Origin: Tolypothrix carrinoi HA7290-LM1
GTDB taxonomy: Bacteria; Cyanobacteriota; Cyanobacteriia; Cyanobacteriales; Nostocaceae
Direction of reading: 5' to 3'
DNA length: 58,880 nt
Assembly: GCA_019358935.1 (NCBI GenBank)
Contig: JAHHIK010000049.1
Span: 1 to 58,880 of the forward strand
Shown here: piece by piece, positions 31,571 to 43,831 of the stretch
How the letters are laid out: each line of letters begins with the position of its first letter
How positions within the stretch are numbered: the stretch's first letter is position 1
Position numbers and translations under genes: made by a program
Notes under the pieces: model-generated
Told to the model about the DNA's origin: nothing
What the model saw: only the letters and a program-made list of their open reading frames with translations
Databases searched by the model: none

Positions 31571-33460
31571 TTAATGACACCGCCAAATATTGATAGTTTT
31601 GTCATGACTACCACTGGTAAGGGTCATACCATCGGGGCTGAAAGCGACGGAATAAACCGACTTGGAATGTCCCTTAAGGGTGCAGATTTCCTGTCCATTT
31701 GCCAGATTCCACAGTTTGATCGTTGTGTCACCACTGCCACTGGCAAGGGTTGCACCATCGGGACTGAAAGCAACGCAACGAACTGAGTCTGAATGCCCCT
31801 TCAGGGTGTGGATCTCCCGTCCGGTTGTTATACGCCACAGTTTGATAGTGTTGTCAACACAGCCACTGGCAAGGGTTACACCATCGGGACTGAAAGCAAC
31901 GGAATAAACCCAGGCGGAATGCCCCCTGAAGGTGCGGATTTCCTTTCCAGTTGCTAAATTCCACAGTTTAATAGTCCTATCAACACTGCCACTGGCGACA
32001 ATATTACTATCGGGACTTATGGCGACAGAATTAACCGGGTAGGAATGCCCCTGTAATGTGCGGATTTGCTGTCCGGTTGCCAAATTCCACAGTTTGATGG
32101 TGTTGTCACCACTCCCACTGGCAAGGATTACACCATCGGGACTTATAGCAACGGAACGAACCGAGTCTGAATGCCTGTCCAAATTCCACATTTCCCATCC
32201 GGTTGCCAGATTCCACAGTTTAATGTTCTTGTCAGCACTGCCACTGGCAAGGGTTATACCATCGGGGCTTATAGCAAGGGAACAAACCCAGTCGGAATGC
32301 CACTGTAGGGTGCGGATTATTTGTCCAGTTGCCAAATTCCACAGTTTAATGCTGTTGTCATTACTCCCACTAGCAAGGGTTTCACCATCGGGGCTGATAG
32401 CGACGGCACGAACCAAGTCGGAATGACCCTGAAGTGTGTGGACAAGTTGCCAATTCTGCGGTTTAGGTTTAGGTTTTGGTTTAGGTTTTGGTGGTGGTGT
32501 GGGAGAAACAATTTTCGGCGCTGGTTTTGGAGTAGAATTGCTTTTCGCTGTCGGGGTGGTTACTTGTTTCAGTGCTGTAAGCACTTCATTAACTGACTGA
32601 TATCGATCTTTCACATAGTCTTTCAGCAACTTATTCAAAACTTCAGCCAACTGGGTGCTGACATCTTTGCCTTTTTGCCGCAGATGTTCTTTCCAAAGCC
32701 ACTTACCCTCTAACGGATCGTAAAGTTCATCCACTTCGACTTGAGTTAGTAGATGTATGCAAGTCACGCCTAAACTATACAAATCACTGGCAGGATAAGC
32801 TTTACCACCGCGCAGTTGTTCAATTGGTGCATATCCTTGTGTGCCAGCTTTTGTCCCAGTTTTGGTTAAACCAGTACCCACAGTCAACTGTTTAGCAACG
32901 CCAAAGTCGATTAAGACTAATTTGCCATCTATCTGACGGCGTAAAATGTTTGTTGGCTTGATATCGCGGTGAATTACTTGCTGCTGATGCACAAATTGCA
33001 GCACAGGTAACAAATCATGCAACAATTCCCGAATTTGTGACTCGCTAAAAGCGCCGCGCTGTGCCAATTCCTGTGATAAATCTTGCCCATCGATAAATTG
33101 CTGCACCAGATACAAGCGTTTATCTTGCTCAAAGTAGGCAAACAGCGTGGGAATCTGCGGATGCTGTTCTCCCAATTGTAATAATTGCCTTGCTTCTTGT
33201 TCAAACAACTCCGTAGCTTTTGCCATTGTTTGGGAATTGGCTTGAGTTTCCGGTAAAGGGAAAAATTGCTTGATGACACAACGAGCATTTAGCCTATTTG
33301 CGTCCACAGCTAAGAAAGTTCTGCCAAATCCCCCTTGACTAATTGGCTGAATCGCTTGATATTGATTTTTTAAGAGCAACTGTGAGCCACAAGTCAAGCA
33401 AAATTTTGTTACATCTGAGTTTTGGGGTTTTTGGCAATTGGGAGCGAGGCAATAAATCAT
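31571..33460 (-). CDS. Ser/Thr kinase with 7 WD40 repeats
   Basis: 4-Cys prefix, HRDIKPTN, DFG; seven GHS..V..VA.SPDG..LASGS.D.TIKLW-type repeats. Confidence 0.96.
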   Translation of the reverse strand: MIYCLAPNCQKPQNSDVTKFCLTCGSQLLLKNQYQAIQPISQGGFGRTFLAVDANRLNARCVIKQFFPLPETQANSQTMAKATELFEQEARQLLQLGEQHPQIPTLFAYFEQDKRLYLVQQFIDGQDLSQELAQRGAFSESQIRELLHDLLPVLQFVHQQQVIHRDIKPTNILRRQIDGKLVLIDFGVAKQLTVGTGLTKTGTKAGTQGYAPIEQLRGGKAYPASDLYSLGVTCIHLLTQVEVDELYDPLEGKWLWKEHLRQKGKDVSTQLAEVLNKLLKDYVKDRYQSVNEVLTALKQVTTPTAKSNSTPKPAPKIVSPTPPPKPKPKPKPKPQNWQLVHTLQGHSDLVRAVAISPDGETLASGSNDNSIKLWNLATGQIIRTLQWHSDWVCSLAISPDGITLASGSADKNIKLWNLATGWEMWNLDRHSDSVRSVAISPDGVILASGSGDNTIKLWNLATGQQIRTLQGHSYPVNSVAISPDSNIVASGSVDRTIKLWNLATGKEIRTFRGHSAWVYSVAFSPDGVTLASGCVDNTIKLWRITTGREIHTLKGHSDSVRCVAFSPDGATLASGSGDTTIKLWNLANGQEICTLKGHSKSVYSVAFSPDGMTLTSGSHDKTINIWRCH

Positions 33461-33698
33461 ACTGGGGATGGTTGGCAAATTTTTTCTATAGTAAGTGTTC
33501 CCAAAATTACTCTTGAACACTCCAGCCCTGGCGAATAAAAGTCTGACGGAATTAAGGTATAGTTAAAACGCCATTTGTCTTAAATCGCTGGCAAGACTTA
33601 TAACCAAGCTATTACCTAAGGAGGCTAAAACTAACCTTGTCTACAAGCTATAAAGTATGTCTAGATGAAACCATAAAGTTATTGAGGCGAAAATTGAT

Positions 33699-34166
33699 AT
33701 GACAAGCTACCAAAGTAATCCTGAAGCGATCGCTACCGACGAAGAAACCACCGGCATCAACCATGTGGAAATAATCGAAAATGTCATCGATACTCTAGAA
33801 CAAGATGACAGTGCAATGGTTAACCACACCGCAGAAGGCGGTACTTTGTGGAAGTTTAAATACGGTAGTGTGGAAGTGTTTGTCCAAATTGGCGGCAAAA
33901 CCGATGAAGACACCTTAACCGTTTGGTCTGTGGTGTTAAAGTTACCCGCTAAAGATGAACCGAAGTTGATGCGGCAACTATTGGAAATGAACTGCTCTAG
34001 CACTTTTGAAGCTCGTTTTGGTATTATTGAAAATCAAGTGGTTGTCATAGCTATACGCACTTTAGGGGAATTGTCTCCTAGCGAAGTTTCCCGCATAATC
34101 ACTGTTGTAGCAAGTATCGCTGATAATAACGACGATGCCTTACAATCTGAGTTTGGTGCAGCTTAA
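33699..34166 (+). CDS. YbjN-domain (T3SS-chaperone-like) protein
   Basis: WKFKYGSVEVFV, LLEMN..TFEARF; acidic 155 aa. Confidence 0.75.
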   Translation: MTSYQSNPEAIATDEETTGINHVEIIENVIDTLEQDDSAMVNHTAEGGTLWKFKYGSVEVFVQIGGKTDEDTLTVWSVVLKLPAKDEPKLMRQLLEMNCSSTFEARFGIIENQVVVIAIRTLGELSPSEVSRIITVVASIADNNDDALQSEFGAA

Positions 34167-34254
34167 ACGATTTTAGATTTTAGATTTTAGATTTTAGATT
34201 GGAGGTCAGCAAATAATCCAAAATCCAAAATCCAAAATCCAAAATACTTATCCG

Positions 34255-34959
34255 GTTTGGCGACTAATTCCGCTACTAGAAGCACCGGGACAAGTGCAGA
34301 TGGCTATTGACTGCTGGTTGCTAGAACAGCATATGTTGGGACATCCGTCAAGTTTGCGGTTTTACACTTGGTCGCCACCCGCTATTTCTTTAGGCTATCA
34401 TCAACGTCAATATCCCGCATATTGGCAGGATATTGTTTGGCAAGGTGAGAAACTAGAATTGGTGCGGCGTCCTACAGGTGGACGCGCTGTGTTGCATCAA
34501 GGTGATTTAACTTATGCTGTAGTCACATCTGGACTTGCTGGGAGTCGTATTCAGATGTATGAAAAAATTTGCGAGTTTTTAATTCAAGGATGGCGATCGC
34601 TTAACGTAGAATTGCACTACGGTACAGCAGGACGCGGCTACATTCACAATCCTAACTGTTTTGGCACTGCAACAAGTGCAGATTTAGTTACAGTTGATAA
34701 TTGCAAACTCATCGGTAGCGCTCAACTGCGACGCGGTAACGCAATTTTACAACATGGTTCGATACGCTTGCAACCGAATGCAGAATTGTTTGCGGCTGTA
34801 TTTGGTGCAGAATCTTTTACTTCTGTGCAACTTCCCCAAAACCTAACTAGAGAAACAATTATTGCCGCTTTGGTTGCAGCAGCTAGCGATTGTTTTAATA
34901 TTCAATTAATTTTGCAACCCTTATCAGAGGATGAGTGGAAACAAATTTTGGCTAAATAG
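34255..34959 (+). CDS. Lipoate-protein ligase/octanoyltransferase (BPL-LplA family); start uncertain
   Basis: MAID, LRFYTWSP..SLGYHQ, RRPTGGRAVLH, KLIGSAQ, LQHGS. Confidence 0.9.
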   Translation, partial: VWRLIPLLEAPGQVQMAIDCWLLEQHMLGHPSSLRFYTWSPPAISLGYHQRQYPAYWQDIVWQGEKLELVRRPTGGRAVLHQGDLTYAVVTSGLAGSRIQMYEKICEFLIQGWRSLNVELHYGTAGRGYIHNPNCFGTATSADLVTVDNCKLIGSAQLRRGNAILQHGSIRLQPNAELFAAVFGAESFTSVQLPQNLTRETIIAALVAAASDCFNIQLILQPLSEDEWKQILAK

Positions 34960-35120
34960 ATGATTTTATTAACGTTGCTAAATTTAAATATGAAATTATT
35001 TTATACTTAAAAAACGAGACTTATTCTTTGCGCCTTTGCGCCTTGGCGTGAGGCTTATTAATACTTTAATTCAGCAACGCTATTTTATTTGATTAACATA
35101 TCACATAACAGGCTTTCTAA

Positions 35121-35840
35121 ATGACTACAACAAATATATACAAACAAATCGTTGCAATGGGTGGTGGAGGCTTTTCAATGGAACCGGAAAACCCTCTACT
35201 GGATAGATACATCTTAGGACTATCGAAAAAGGAAATACCAAAGATTTGCTTTGTTCCTACAGCTAGCGGTGATTCTGACAAATATATAGTTCGATTTTAC
35301 TCAGCTTTTGTCCAACAGCTTTGTAAACCATCTCATTTGTCTTTGTTTAACCCACCTACAAATGACCTGAGGTCTTTCGTGCTTGAGCAGGACATAATTT
35401 ATGTAGGAGGGGGAAACACTAAAAATCTAATTGCTTTATGGAAGGAGTGGGGACTTGACCATATCTTGAGAGAAGCTTGGGAAAGTGGAATTATTCTCTG
35501 TGGTTTGAGTGCGGGTTCTATTTGTTGGTTTGAACAAGCAGTGACGGACTCTATCCCCAAACAAATGACTGTCTTGCAATGCTTAGGCTTTCTCAAAGGT
35601 AGTAATTGTCCGCATTATGATGGAGAACAAGAACGAAGACCTTCCTACCATCGACTTTTATCACAAGGGTTAATTAGCGAAGGATACGCAGCTGATGATG
35701 GAGTTGGTTTGCACTTTATCCAAGATAAATTAGAGAAAATCGTCAGTTCTCGTCTTCATGCAAAAGCTTATCGGTTGGAAAAGATAGGTGAGACAGTCAA
35801 AGAAACACTTTTAGAGCCAACTTATTTAGGAAAGATTTGA
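35121..35840 (+). CDS. Peptidase E (S51 family)
   Basis: FVPTASGD, YVGGGNT, GLSAG, PHY. Confidence 0.9.
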   Translation: MTTTNIYKQIVAMGGGGFSMEPENPLLDRYILGLSKKEIPKICFVPTASGDSDKYIVRFYSAFVQQLCKPSHLSLFNPPTNDLRSFVLEQDIIYVGGGNTKNLIALWKEWGLDHILREAWESGIILCGLSAGSICWFEQAVTDSIPKQMTVLQCLGFLKGSNCPHYDGEQERRPSYHRLLSQGLISEGYAADDGVGLHFIQDKLEKIVSSRLHAKAYRLEKIGETVKETLLEPTYLGKI

Positions 35841-35948
35841 TATTTACAGTTCGTTTTTCCGTTACTTGTGCGTCAGTCTCGTAAAAAAATAAGTCCTGGT
35901 TGCGAAAACCAGAACTTTCATTGCATATTAAAAGCTGGACGAAAATCG

Positions 35949-36188
35949 TTATACGATGTGGATGAAAACACCTGCCAAAAGAGAACCTGTTGCGCCAATA
36001 GCAATTAATAAATAGGTGAAAAATCTGCCAAATTCCGGGTTTTGTCCTAATACTTTATCTTCTTTACCCGCAGTGAAAAACAATGACCAAGCTTGGTTGA
36101 CATTGATTGTCTTAAAGCTGTTGAAATCAGGTCTAAATACAACGGGTCCAAGTAGGTCTTTTTTGGAAAAGTCAAAATCAGTTCTCAT
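35949..36188 (-). CDS. Small membrane hypothetical protein
   Basis: 79 aa with C-terminal TM segment, downstream of hliP. Confidence 0.65.
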   Translation of the reverse strand: MRTDFDFSKKDLLGPVVFRPDFNSFKTINVNQAWSLFFTAGKEDKVLGQNPEFGRFFTYLLIAIGATGSLLAGVFIHIV

Positions 36189-36241
36189 TGTATTTCTCCA
36201 AATTTAATTTAAATTTATTTGTTGATGTCTGCGTAGCTAGA

Positions 36242-36454
36242 TTACAAAATTGTCAACCAGGCGATCGCACCATGTCCGCTGAAAACTTCGATGGCTATGA
36301 GTGCAACAAAGCCAATCATTGCTAAACGACCATTCAGCTTTTCTGCATACTCGGTGAAACCAAAGCCTGGGTTTTCGTCTACGTACATTTTTGGCTCAAT
36401 TGCGTAGTTATTCAGTCGGTTTTGTTCTTCTACTACATAGCTGCGTGATGTCAT
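36242..36454 (-). CDS. hli: High-light-inducible protein (HLIP/SCP)
   Basis: [13 protein letters not shown] chlorophyll-binding motif. Confidence 0.92.
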   Translation of the reverse strand: MTSRSYVVEEQNRLNNYAIEPKMYVDENPGFGFTEYAEKLNGRLAMIGFVALIAIEVFSGHGAIAWLTIL

Positions 36455-36488
36455 GGTCTTTTTCCTTAAGTTTGTTTTCTTGTTAAAT

Positions 36489-36506
36489 AATGTAACACTA
36501 TGTAAA
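36489..36506 (-). promoter_or_regulatory. HLR1 (RpaB-binding) element
   Basis: Minus strand TTTACATA-GT-GTTACATT fits the (G/T)TTACA(T/A)(T/A)-N2 direct repeat, upstream of hliP. Confidence 0.8.
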
Positions 36507-36792
36507 GAAGTTTTGCAAGTACTTGACAAAATAAAATATTTTTATCAACGGTATAAGGTGTGTTTGAGAGTGGCAAAATTAAGATAAAGCTTAAACAAGG
36601 TTATGGAACGAACCGCAGAGGCGCAGAGAAGCCAGCGCGTTGCGGAGCCAGCGCCGTGGGCGGGTTTCCCGACTTGAGGCGACTGGCGTGGGGTTACCCC
36701 CGTTGTAGCGACTGGCGCGACACAGAGAAATAAGAGTTTGGAAGAGTTTTTGGGTAAGTACTATAAGAATATTTCTCGGTTTTCAGCATAGA

Positions 36793-37869
36793 ATGGCGCG
36801 TAAAGGTTACACTCTCCCGGTTTTCGCTGTTGCTGCGGCAAAGGCAGCTTTGGTGCATTTGCAAAACAGTGCTGATGTGATATTGTCGGTGAGGCTTGAT
36901 TTGCTTGGTGATGATGCAGAGATTTTAGTTGAGCAAGTCGCTAGTTTAGAATTAACTAGTGCGTTGGCGATCGCTCTGTCTGACCCAGGTGATAATTTGG
37001 ATTTGACGAGGAATACTCCTGTTTGGGCATGGGTGAAGCTATTGCCGCGAGAAGACCAGGCTTTGGTTTTAGAAGCGGGTGAGGGATTGGGGAAAACGGC
37101 AGCGGGAGAAGCTGCTATTTATAGTTATGCGCTACGACTTTTTGAAGCGAATTTGTTACCGCTAATTCCTGAAGATAAAACTGCGATCGTGCGGATTATT
37201 CTTCCTGAAGGTCGTCAATTGGCTGAACGCACATCTAATGCAGCTTTTGGTATTTTAGAGGGTTTGGCGTTGTTGGGAACTAGTGGGATTTCTCAACCGA
37301 TGAGTGCTGCTGACCATTTAGAAGAATTTCGCGCCATTTTACAAGACAAAGTGCAGCGTTTTCCCAACTTGGTATTTTGTATTGGTAGCAATGGTTACTC
37401 TGTGGCGCAGCGTTTAGGGATTCCAGAAGAAGTTATTGTTTCAACGGGTAACTGGCTGGGTGCAATGCTGGTAGAAGCGGGACTTTATCAAGCTGAATCA
37501 GTGCTGTTGCTGGGATACCAAGGAAAGTTAATTAAGCTAGCAGGGGGAATTTTTAATACATCAAGTCACCTGGCGGATGCTAAATTAGAAATTATTGCAG
37601 CTGCTGTTGCTGTTATAGGGGATATTTCAGCAGTTCAGGCAATTTTGCAACTGAAGACGGCTGATGAAGCGTATAAAAAGTTGGTGGAACTCAAGTTGGC
37701 AGATGCGGTGTTTACTGCTTTGGCTGAAAAGATTAGCCAGAAAGCAGAGAATTACGTGAAAAAGTATGCAGATTACTCTTTGAAGGTGGGGGTAATTTTG
37801 TTTGACCGTCAAGGTAAAATCATTAGTCAAGATGCAAAGGCTGGAGAATTGCTCGATTTTTCTTCGTAG
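36793..37869 (+). CDS. cbiD: Cobalt-precorrin-5B C1-methyltransferase
   Basis: RKGYTLP..AAAKAA, DPGDNLDLT, LLGTSG, GKLIKLAGGIFNT. Confidence 0.93.
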   Translation: MARKGYTLPVFAVAAAKAALVHLQNSADVILSVRLDLLGDDAEILVEQVASLELTSALAIALSDPGDNLDLTRNTPVWAWVKLLPREDQALVLEAGEGLGKTAAGEAAIYSYALRLFEANLLPLIPEDKTAIVRIILPEGRQLAERTSNAAFGILEGLALLGTSGISQPMSAADHLEEFRAILQDKVQRFPNLVFCIGSNGYSVAQRLGIPEEVIVSTGNWLGAMLVEAGLYQAESVLLLGYQGKLIKLAGGIFNTSSHLADAKLEIIAAAVAVIGDISAVQAILQLKTADEAYKKLVELKLADAVFTALAEKISQKAENYVKKYADYSLKVGVILFDRQGKIISQDAKAGELLDFSS

Positions 37870-37925
37870 TAAGGAATGCGCGTCCTCATATATAAGATGA
37901 GGACGCGCATTCCTTACTACGAAGA
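37861..37925. repeat. Palindrome with perfect 29-bp arms; related copy at 38449-38506
   Basis: TCTTCGTAGTAAGGAATGCGCGTCCTCAT-N7-ATGAGGACGCGCATTCCTTACTACGAAGA. Confidence 0.9.
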
Positions 37926-37930
37926 CAAAT

Positions 37931-38455
37931 ATGCTTATCCGAGAAGCGAAGTTAGCTGATGCCAACGCGATCGCCAAAATACATGTAGACACTTGGCGGA
38001 CAACTTACCGTCATATAATGCCAGAAGATTTTCTGGCAAATTTATCTTACGAAAAGCGAGAGACAGGATGGACTGAAATTTTGAGCAATACGACTCAGGA
38101 TAACTTTACCTACGTTGTTGAGGATGTCGGGGAAATTGTTGGTTTTGTCAATGGTGGTTTAGAACGAACTAACGACCCAATATATAAAGGTGAATTGAAT
38201 GCGATTTACATTGTGGAAAAATACCAAGGTCAAGGTATAGGACATAACCTTGTATCTACTATCGCCGCCAGACTTGTGCAATTAAATGTTAGTTCAATGT
38301 TAGTCTGGGTTTTGGCGGATAACTCAGCATGTAAGTTTTATGAAAGCCTTGGTGGTCAACTAGTGAAAGAAAAGCTAATCGAAAGAGGCAAAGTAGAGTT
38401 TGTTGAAGTCGCTTATGGTTGGACAAACACGCGATCGCTCTTAATAAATTCGTAG
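37931..38455 (+). CDS. GNAT acetyltransferase
   Basis: YQGQGIG, N..ACKFYESLG. Confidence 0.9.
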   Translation: MLIREAKLADANAIAKIHVDTWRTTYRHIMPEDFLANLSYEKRETGWTEILSNTTQDNFTYVVEDVGEIVGFVNGGLERTNDPIYKGELNAIYIVEKYQGQGIGHNLVSTIAARLVQLNVSSMLVWVLADNSACKFYESLGGQLVKEKLIERGKVEFVEVAYGWTNTRSLLINS

Positions 38456-38529
38456 TGAGGACTTCAGTCCTCATATATAAGATGAGGACGCGCATTCCTC
38501 ACTACGGTTAGCGTTTCTTTCAGTCTTAC

Positions 38530-39345
38530 TTATAATTCTTCTCCTGCTGGTAGCGGGAAGGTTTCACCCGCTAGATAAGCTTCAAAATTGTGTTGAAAAT
38601 ACAACCATGAGGTCATATCTTCTCCTTCAATAAAGGATTTTGGTGCCTTCCTATATAGAGGAACGCGGGTATTAATTTCATCTTGAAGCTGTTGCGGTAA
38701 TTCGCTTAAGCCATCGACTTTACTACCGTAAGCACTGTATATCAAATGACCCTCACGCGCTCCCATTTTCATCCAGGGAAGCCATTGACCGATTCTATCC
38801 CAACTCAACCTCAGTTGAGAAACTGAGGGTAATTCTGAGTTTAATAAATCTGCGGTGGGGACGGTGATTTTAAATAACTCTGCTGCCTGATAAGTTGGAT
38901 TTGGACAGTATTCAGCAAACTTTGGATCGTCTGCCAGAGGATTGGGGTAAGTGGGAAATATGTCAAATACGAAGGTTGTAATGTCACCATCTACTTGCGC
39001 GGGAAACTTACCTTTAAACTGACCTTGTACAGGACTATTTGCAACATGCATCACCGGCACTTTCTCACCCGTCCAAGGATTTTCCCATTTTTGCACAATT
39101 TCATTTGTCTTTGGGTCGAGGTAGTAAGTTAGTTCTCTAGAGGTAAAATCCCAGCTACCCTCTTCTGTGGGAATACACCTACTCACACTCACACCCAGCA
39201 TCTGAAACAGAAGTTTTTTCTTCTCACCTGGTATAAAAGCGTAAATTGCACCTTTCCAAACCAAAAAGGTTGATTGGGTGGGATCGAGGGAAGCACGAGT
39301 CTTTATCCATGCTTGAGCATCAAATTCTTGAGTTTCGGCAACCAT
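38530..39345 (-). CDS. DUF1838-like protein
   Basis: SRELTYYLDP..WENPWTGE..V.HVAN, WLPWMKM. Confidence 0.75.
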   Translation of the reverse strand: MVAETQEFDAQAWIKTRASLDPTQSTFLVWKGAIYAFIPGEKKKLLFQMLGVSVSRCIPTEEGSWDFTSRELTYYLDPKTNEIVQKWENPWTGEKVPVMHVANSPVQGQFKGKFPAQVDGDITTFVFDIFPTYPNPLADDPKFAEYCPNPTYQAAELFKITVPTADLLNSELPSVSQLRLSWDRIGQWLPWMKMGAREGHLIYSAYGSKVDGLSELPQQLQDEINTRVPLYRKAPKSFIEGEDMTSWLYFQHNFEAYLAGETFPLPAGEEL

Positions 39346-39667
39346 TTTTGGCTCCTTGCTATCTGAGGTTGAAGGGGGGAAAGGGTAGTATCAACTACCA
39401 ACTTACTGAGTGTACACTCTATGCCGATCGCAACTGACACATTATATAGTAGAGACGTTCCATCGAAACATCTCTACCGTAGTGAGCGATTCATCGCTCA
39501 TTAATAATTTCATAAATAAGCTACAAGAGTGTATGCGATCGCCATCATTATTCCAAAACTCCCCCTTCGGGGTTCGCCAGTCGCTCATGGGGGTAACGAA
39601 CATGACCGCGCTGGCTCACCAATTCCCTAAGTGCTAGGCTACAGTTAGCATTCTTCAAAAAGCAACT

Positions 39668-40243
39668 ATGACTGCCCTAATCGTTAACTTACATCCTGTC
39701 ATTGAGCTAACAGATGAGCAATTCTTCCAACTATGCCAGAATAATCGAGATTTGCGCTTTGAGCGCACCGCTCTTGGAGAATTAATTATTATGCCGCCAA
39801 CAGGCTGGGAAAGTGGGAATCGAAATATTAAACTATCAGCTCGCCTAGAGCTATGGGCAGATGCTGATGGTACAGGATTGGCTTTTGACTCGTCAACAGG
39901 TTTCAAACTTCCCAATGGTGCAAACCGTTCTCCGGATGCATCCTGGGTTAAACGATCGCGAATCGAAACTCTAAACCCAAATCCGGCACGGTTTATGCCA
40001 CTTGCGCCTGATTTTGCCGTAGAATTACGCTCTGCAAGTGACACTTTACAGACATTACGACAAAAAATGCAGGAGTATATTAACTGCGGAGTGCGTTTGG
40101 GTTGGCTTATCGATCCTCAAAACCAACGGGTAGAAATTTACCGTCCAGGACAAGATGTGGAAATTTTGCAATCTCCTGCTAGCTTATCAGGTGAAGATGT
40201 TCTGCCGGGATTTGTATTGGATTTGACACAAATTTTAAGTTAG
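39668..40243 (+). CDS. Uma2-family endonuclease
   Basis: FDSSTGF.LP..RSPDASW, PDFAVELRS, GWLIDP. Confidence 0.92.
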   Translation: MTALIVNLHPVIELTDEQFFQLCQNNRDLRFERTALGELIIMPPTGWESGNRNIKLSARLELWADADGTGLAFDSSTGFKLPNGANRSPDASWVKRSRIETLNPNPARFMPLAPDFAVELRSASDTLQTLRQKMQEYINCGVRLGWLIDPQNQRVEIYRPGQDVEILQSPASLSGEDVLPGFVLDLTQILS

Positions 40244-40388
40244 GCGATGTTTAACAAACACGCTCCGTGCCTTTACGATTATCGCAGCTGAAGTTAGGTA
40301 TTCACGTTCTACAATAAATATTTCCCCCGTTTGCCAAAATCAGCGTGAGTGAGTGATGTTGTTGTTGCATAAAATCGAAAAGCTGAAG

Positions 40389-42192
<1,804 letters not shown>

Positions 42193-42238
42193 CTAGTTAT
42201 ATTTTTGGATATTTGTAAAGAATCGGGGAGTTGAATTG

Positions 42239-43426
42239 ATGAAGATATTGGTACTAAGTTGGGAGTTTCCACCTCGCATCGTCGGAGGAATTGCGCGTCA
42301 TGTGGGGGAATTGTACCCGGAAATAGTCAAGTTAGGGCATGAAGTCCACCTGATTACGGCGGAATTTGGTCATGCACCGATGTATGAGATAGTGGATGGA
42401 GTGCATGTGCATCGCGTGCCGGTGGCTGGTAGTAATGACTTTTTCCACTGGGTAGTAAACTTAAATGACAGCATGGGGCATCACGGCGGTAAGTTGATGC
42501 TGGAAGATGGTCCGTTTGATATTATCCATGCTCATGATTGGTTAGTCGGCGATGCAGCGATCGCTCTCAAGAATACCTTTAAAGTGCCGTTAATTGCTAC
42601 AGTCCACGCGACCGAATTCGGACGTTACAACGGTATTCACACTGATACGCAACATTATATCAGTGGCAAAGAAAACCTACTTGCTTTCAACGCTTGGCGG
42701 ATTATCGTTTGTACCGACTACATGCGAGGAGAAGTTGAACGAGCGCTTCACAGTCCTTGGGATAAAATCGATGTCATCTATAACGGTATTAGACCAGAAA
42801 AGAAACAACACCATCAAGATTTTCATGCCCACGATTTTCGCCGTCAATTTGCCGAAGATGGTGAAAAAATTGTTTATTACGTCGGTCGCATGACCTATGA
42901 AAAAAACGTTTCCGGATTGCTAAATGCCGCACCGAAGATACTTTCAGAAATGGGTGGTTACGTCAAGTTTGTGATTATTGGTGGTGGCAATACCGACCAT
43001 CTTAAACGTCAAGCTTGGGATTTGGGAATTGCCCACAAGTGCTATTTTACCGGCTTTATGTCCGATGAATACTTAGATAAATTTCAAACCATCGCTGACT
43101 GCGCCGTTTTTCCCAGTCTTTACGAACCCTTTGGTATTGTTGCGTTAGAAAGCTTTGCCTCTCGCGTTCCCGTAGTAGTTTCCGATACTGGCGGTTTTCC
43201 CGAAGTAGTGCAACACACGAAAACAGGTATTGTTACCTGGGTTAACAATCCAGATTCTCTAGCTTGGGGAATATTAGAAGTGTTGAAAAATCCAGGTTAT
43301 CGGCAATGGTTAGTTGATAACGCTTATGAGGATTTAGAAAGACGCTTTAGCTGGTCTAAAATAGGCAAGCAAACAGAAGATGTATATCAGCGGACAGTTA
43401 AAGAGCGATCGCACGTTGTATGGTAA
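42239..43426 (+). CDS. Glycosyltransferase family 4
   Basis: WEFPPRIVGG, HAHDW, PSLYEPFGIVALE. Confidence 0.93.
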   Translation: MKILVLSWEFPPRIVGGIARHVGELYPEIVKLGHEVHLITAEFGHAPMYEIVDGVHVHRVPVAGSNDFFHWVVNLNDSMGHHGGKLMLEDGPFDIIHAHDWLVGDAAIALKNTFKVPLIATVHATEFGRYNGIHTDTQHYISGKENLLAFNAWRIIVCTDYMRGEVERALHSPWDKIDVIYNGIRPEKKQHHQDFHAHDFRRQFAEDGEKIVYYVGRMTYEKNVSGLLNAAPKILSEMGGYVKFVIIGGGNTDHLKRQAWDLGIAHKCYFTGFMSDEYLDKFQTIADCAVFPSLYEPFGIVALESFASRVPVVVSDTGGFPEVVQHTKTGIVTWVNNPDSLAWGILEVLKNPGYRQWLVDNAYEDLERRFSWSKIGKQTEDVYQRTVKERSHVVW

Positions 43427-43831
43427 TGGGGAATGGGTAATGGGGCATGGGGAATGGGTAATGGGTAATGGGGCATGGGGCATGGGGCATGGAAAGAATT
43501 TCTCTCCTTACCAATTTGCAATGCCCAATTGGCAATGCCCAATTCGCAATGCCCATTGCCCATTGCCCAATTCCCAATTACCCATTCCCAATTACCAATT
43601 CCCAATTCCTATACATTGTTTAAAATTGCGCTCAAGCTGGTCTGGATAATAGCGATCGCCTTAATATTGCCTGTTGAAGCGAAGGTAACACCAATTGAAA
43701 AAATGATTGCGACAAATGGATTGTTGAAACGCTTGCATAGCAACAACTTTACAATCCGTCTTTAAAAGCTTTGATCGGAGGAAACCTCCGCTCAAACTTT
43801 TCGCAAAATCTAAAATCCAAAATCCAAAATG

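Noticed and set aside
31574..32430. 126-bp periodic DNA repeats and antisense ORFs
   Set aside because: Explained by the WD40 repeats of the kinase.
28510..33460. Diversity-generating retroelement targets among the kinases
   Set aside because: No reverse transcriptase, no template/variable repeat pair with adenine-specific mismatches, and no C-type-lectin-like C-terminus seen.
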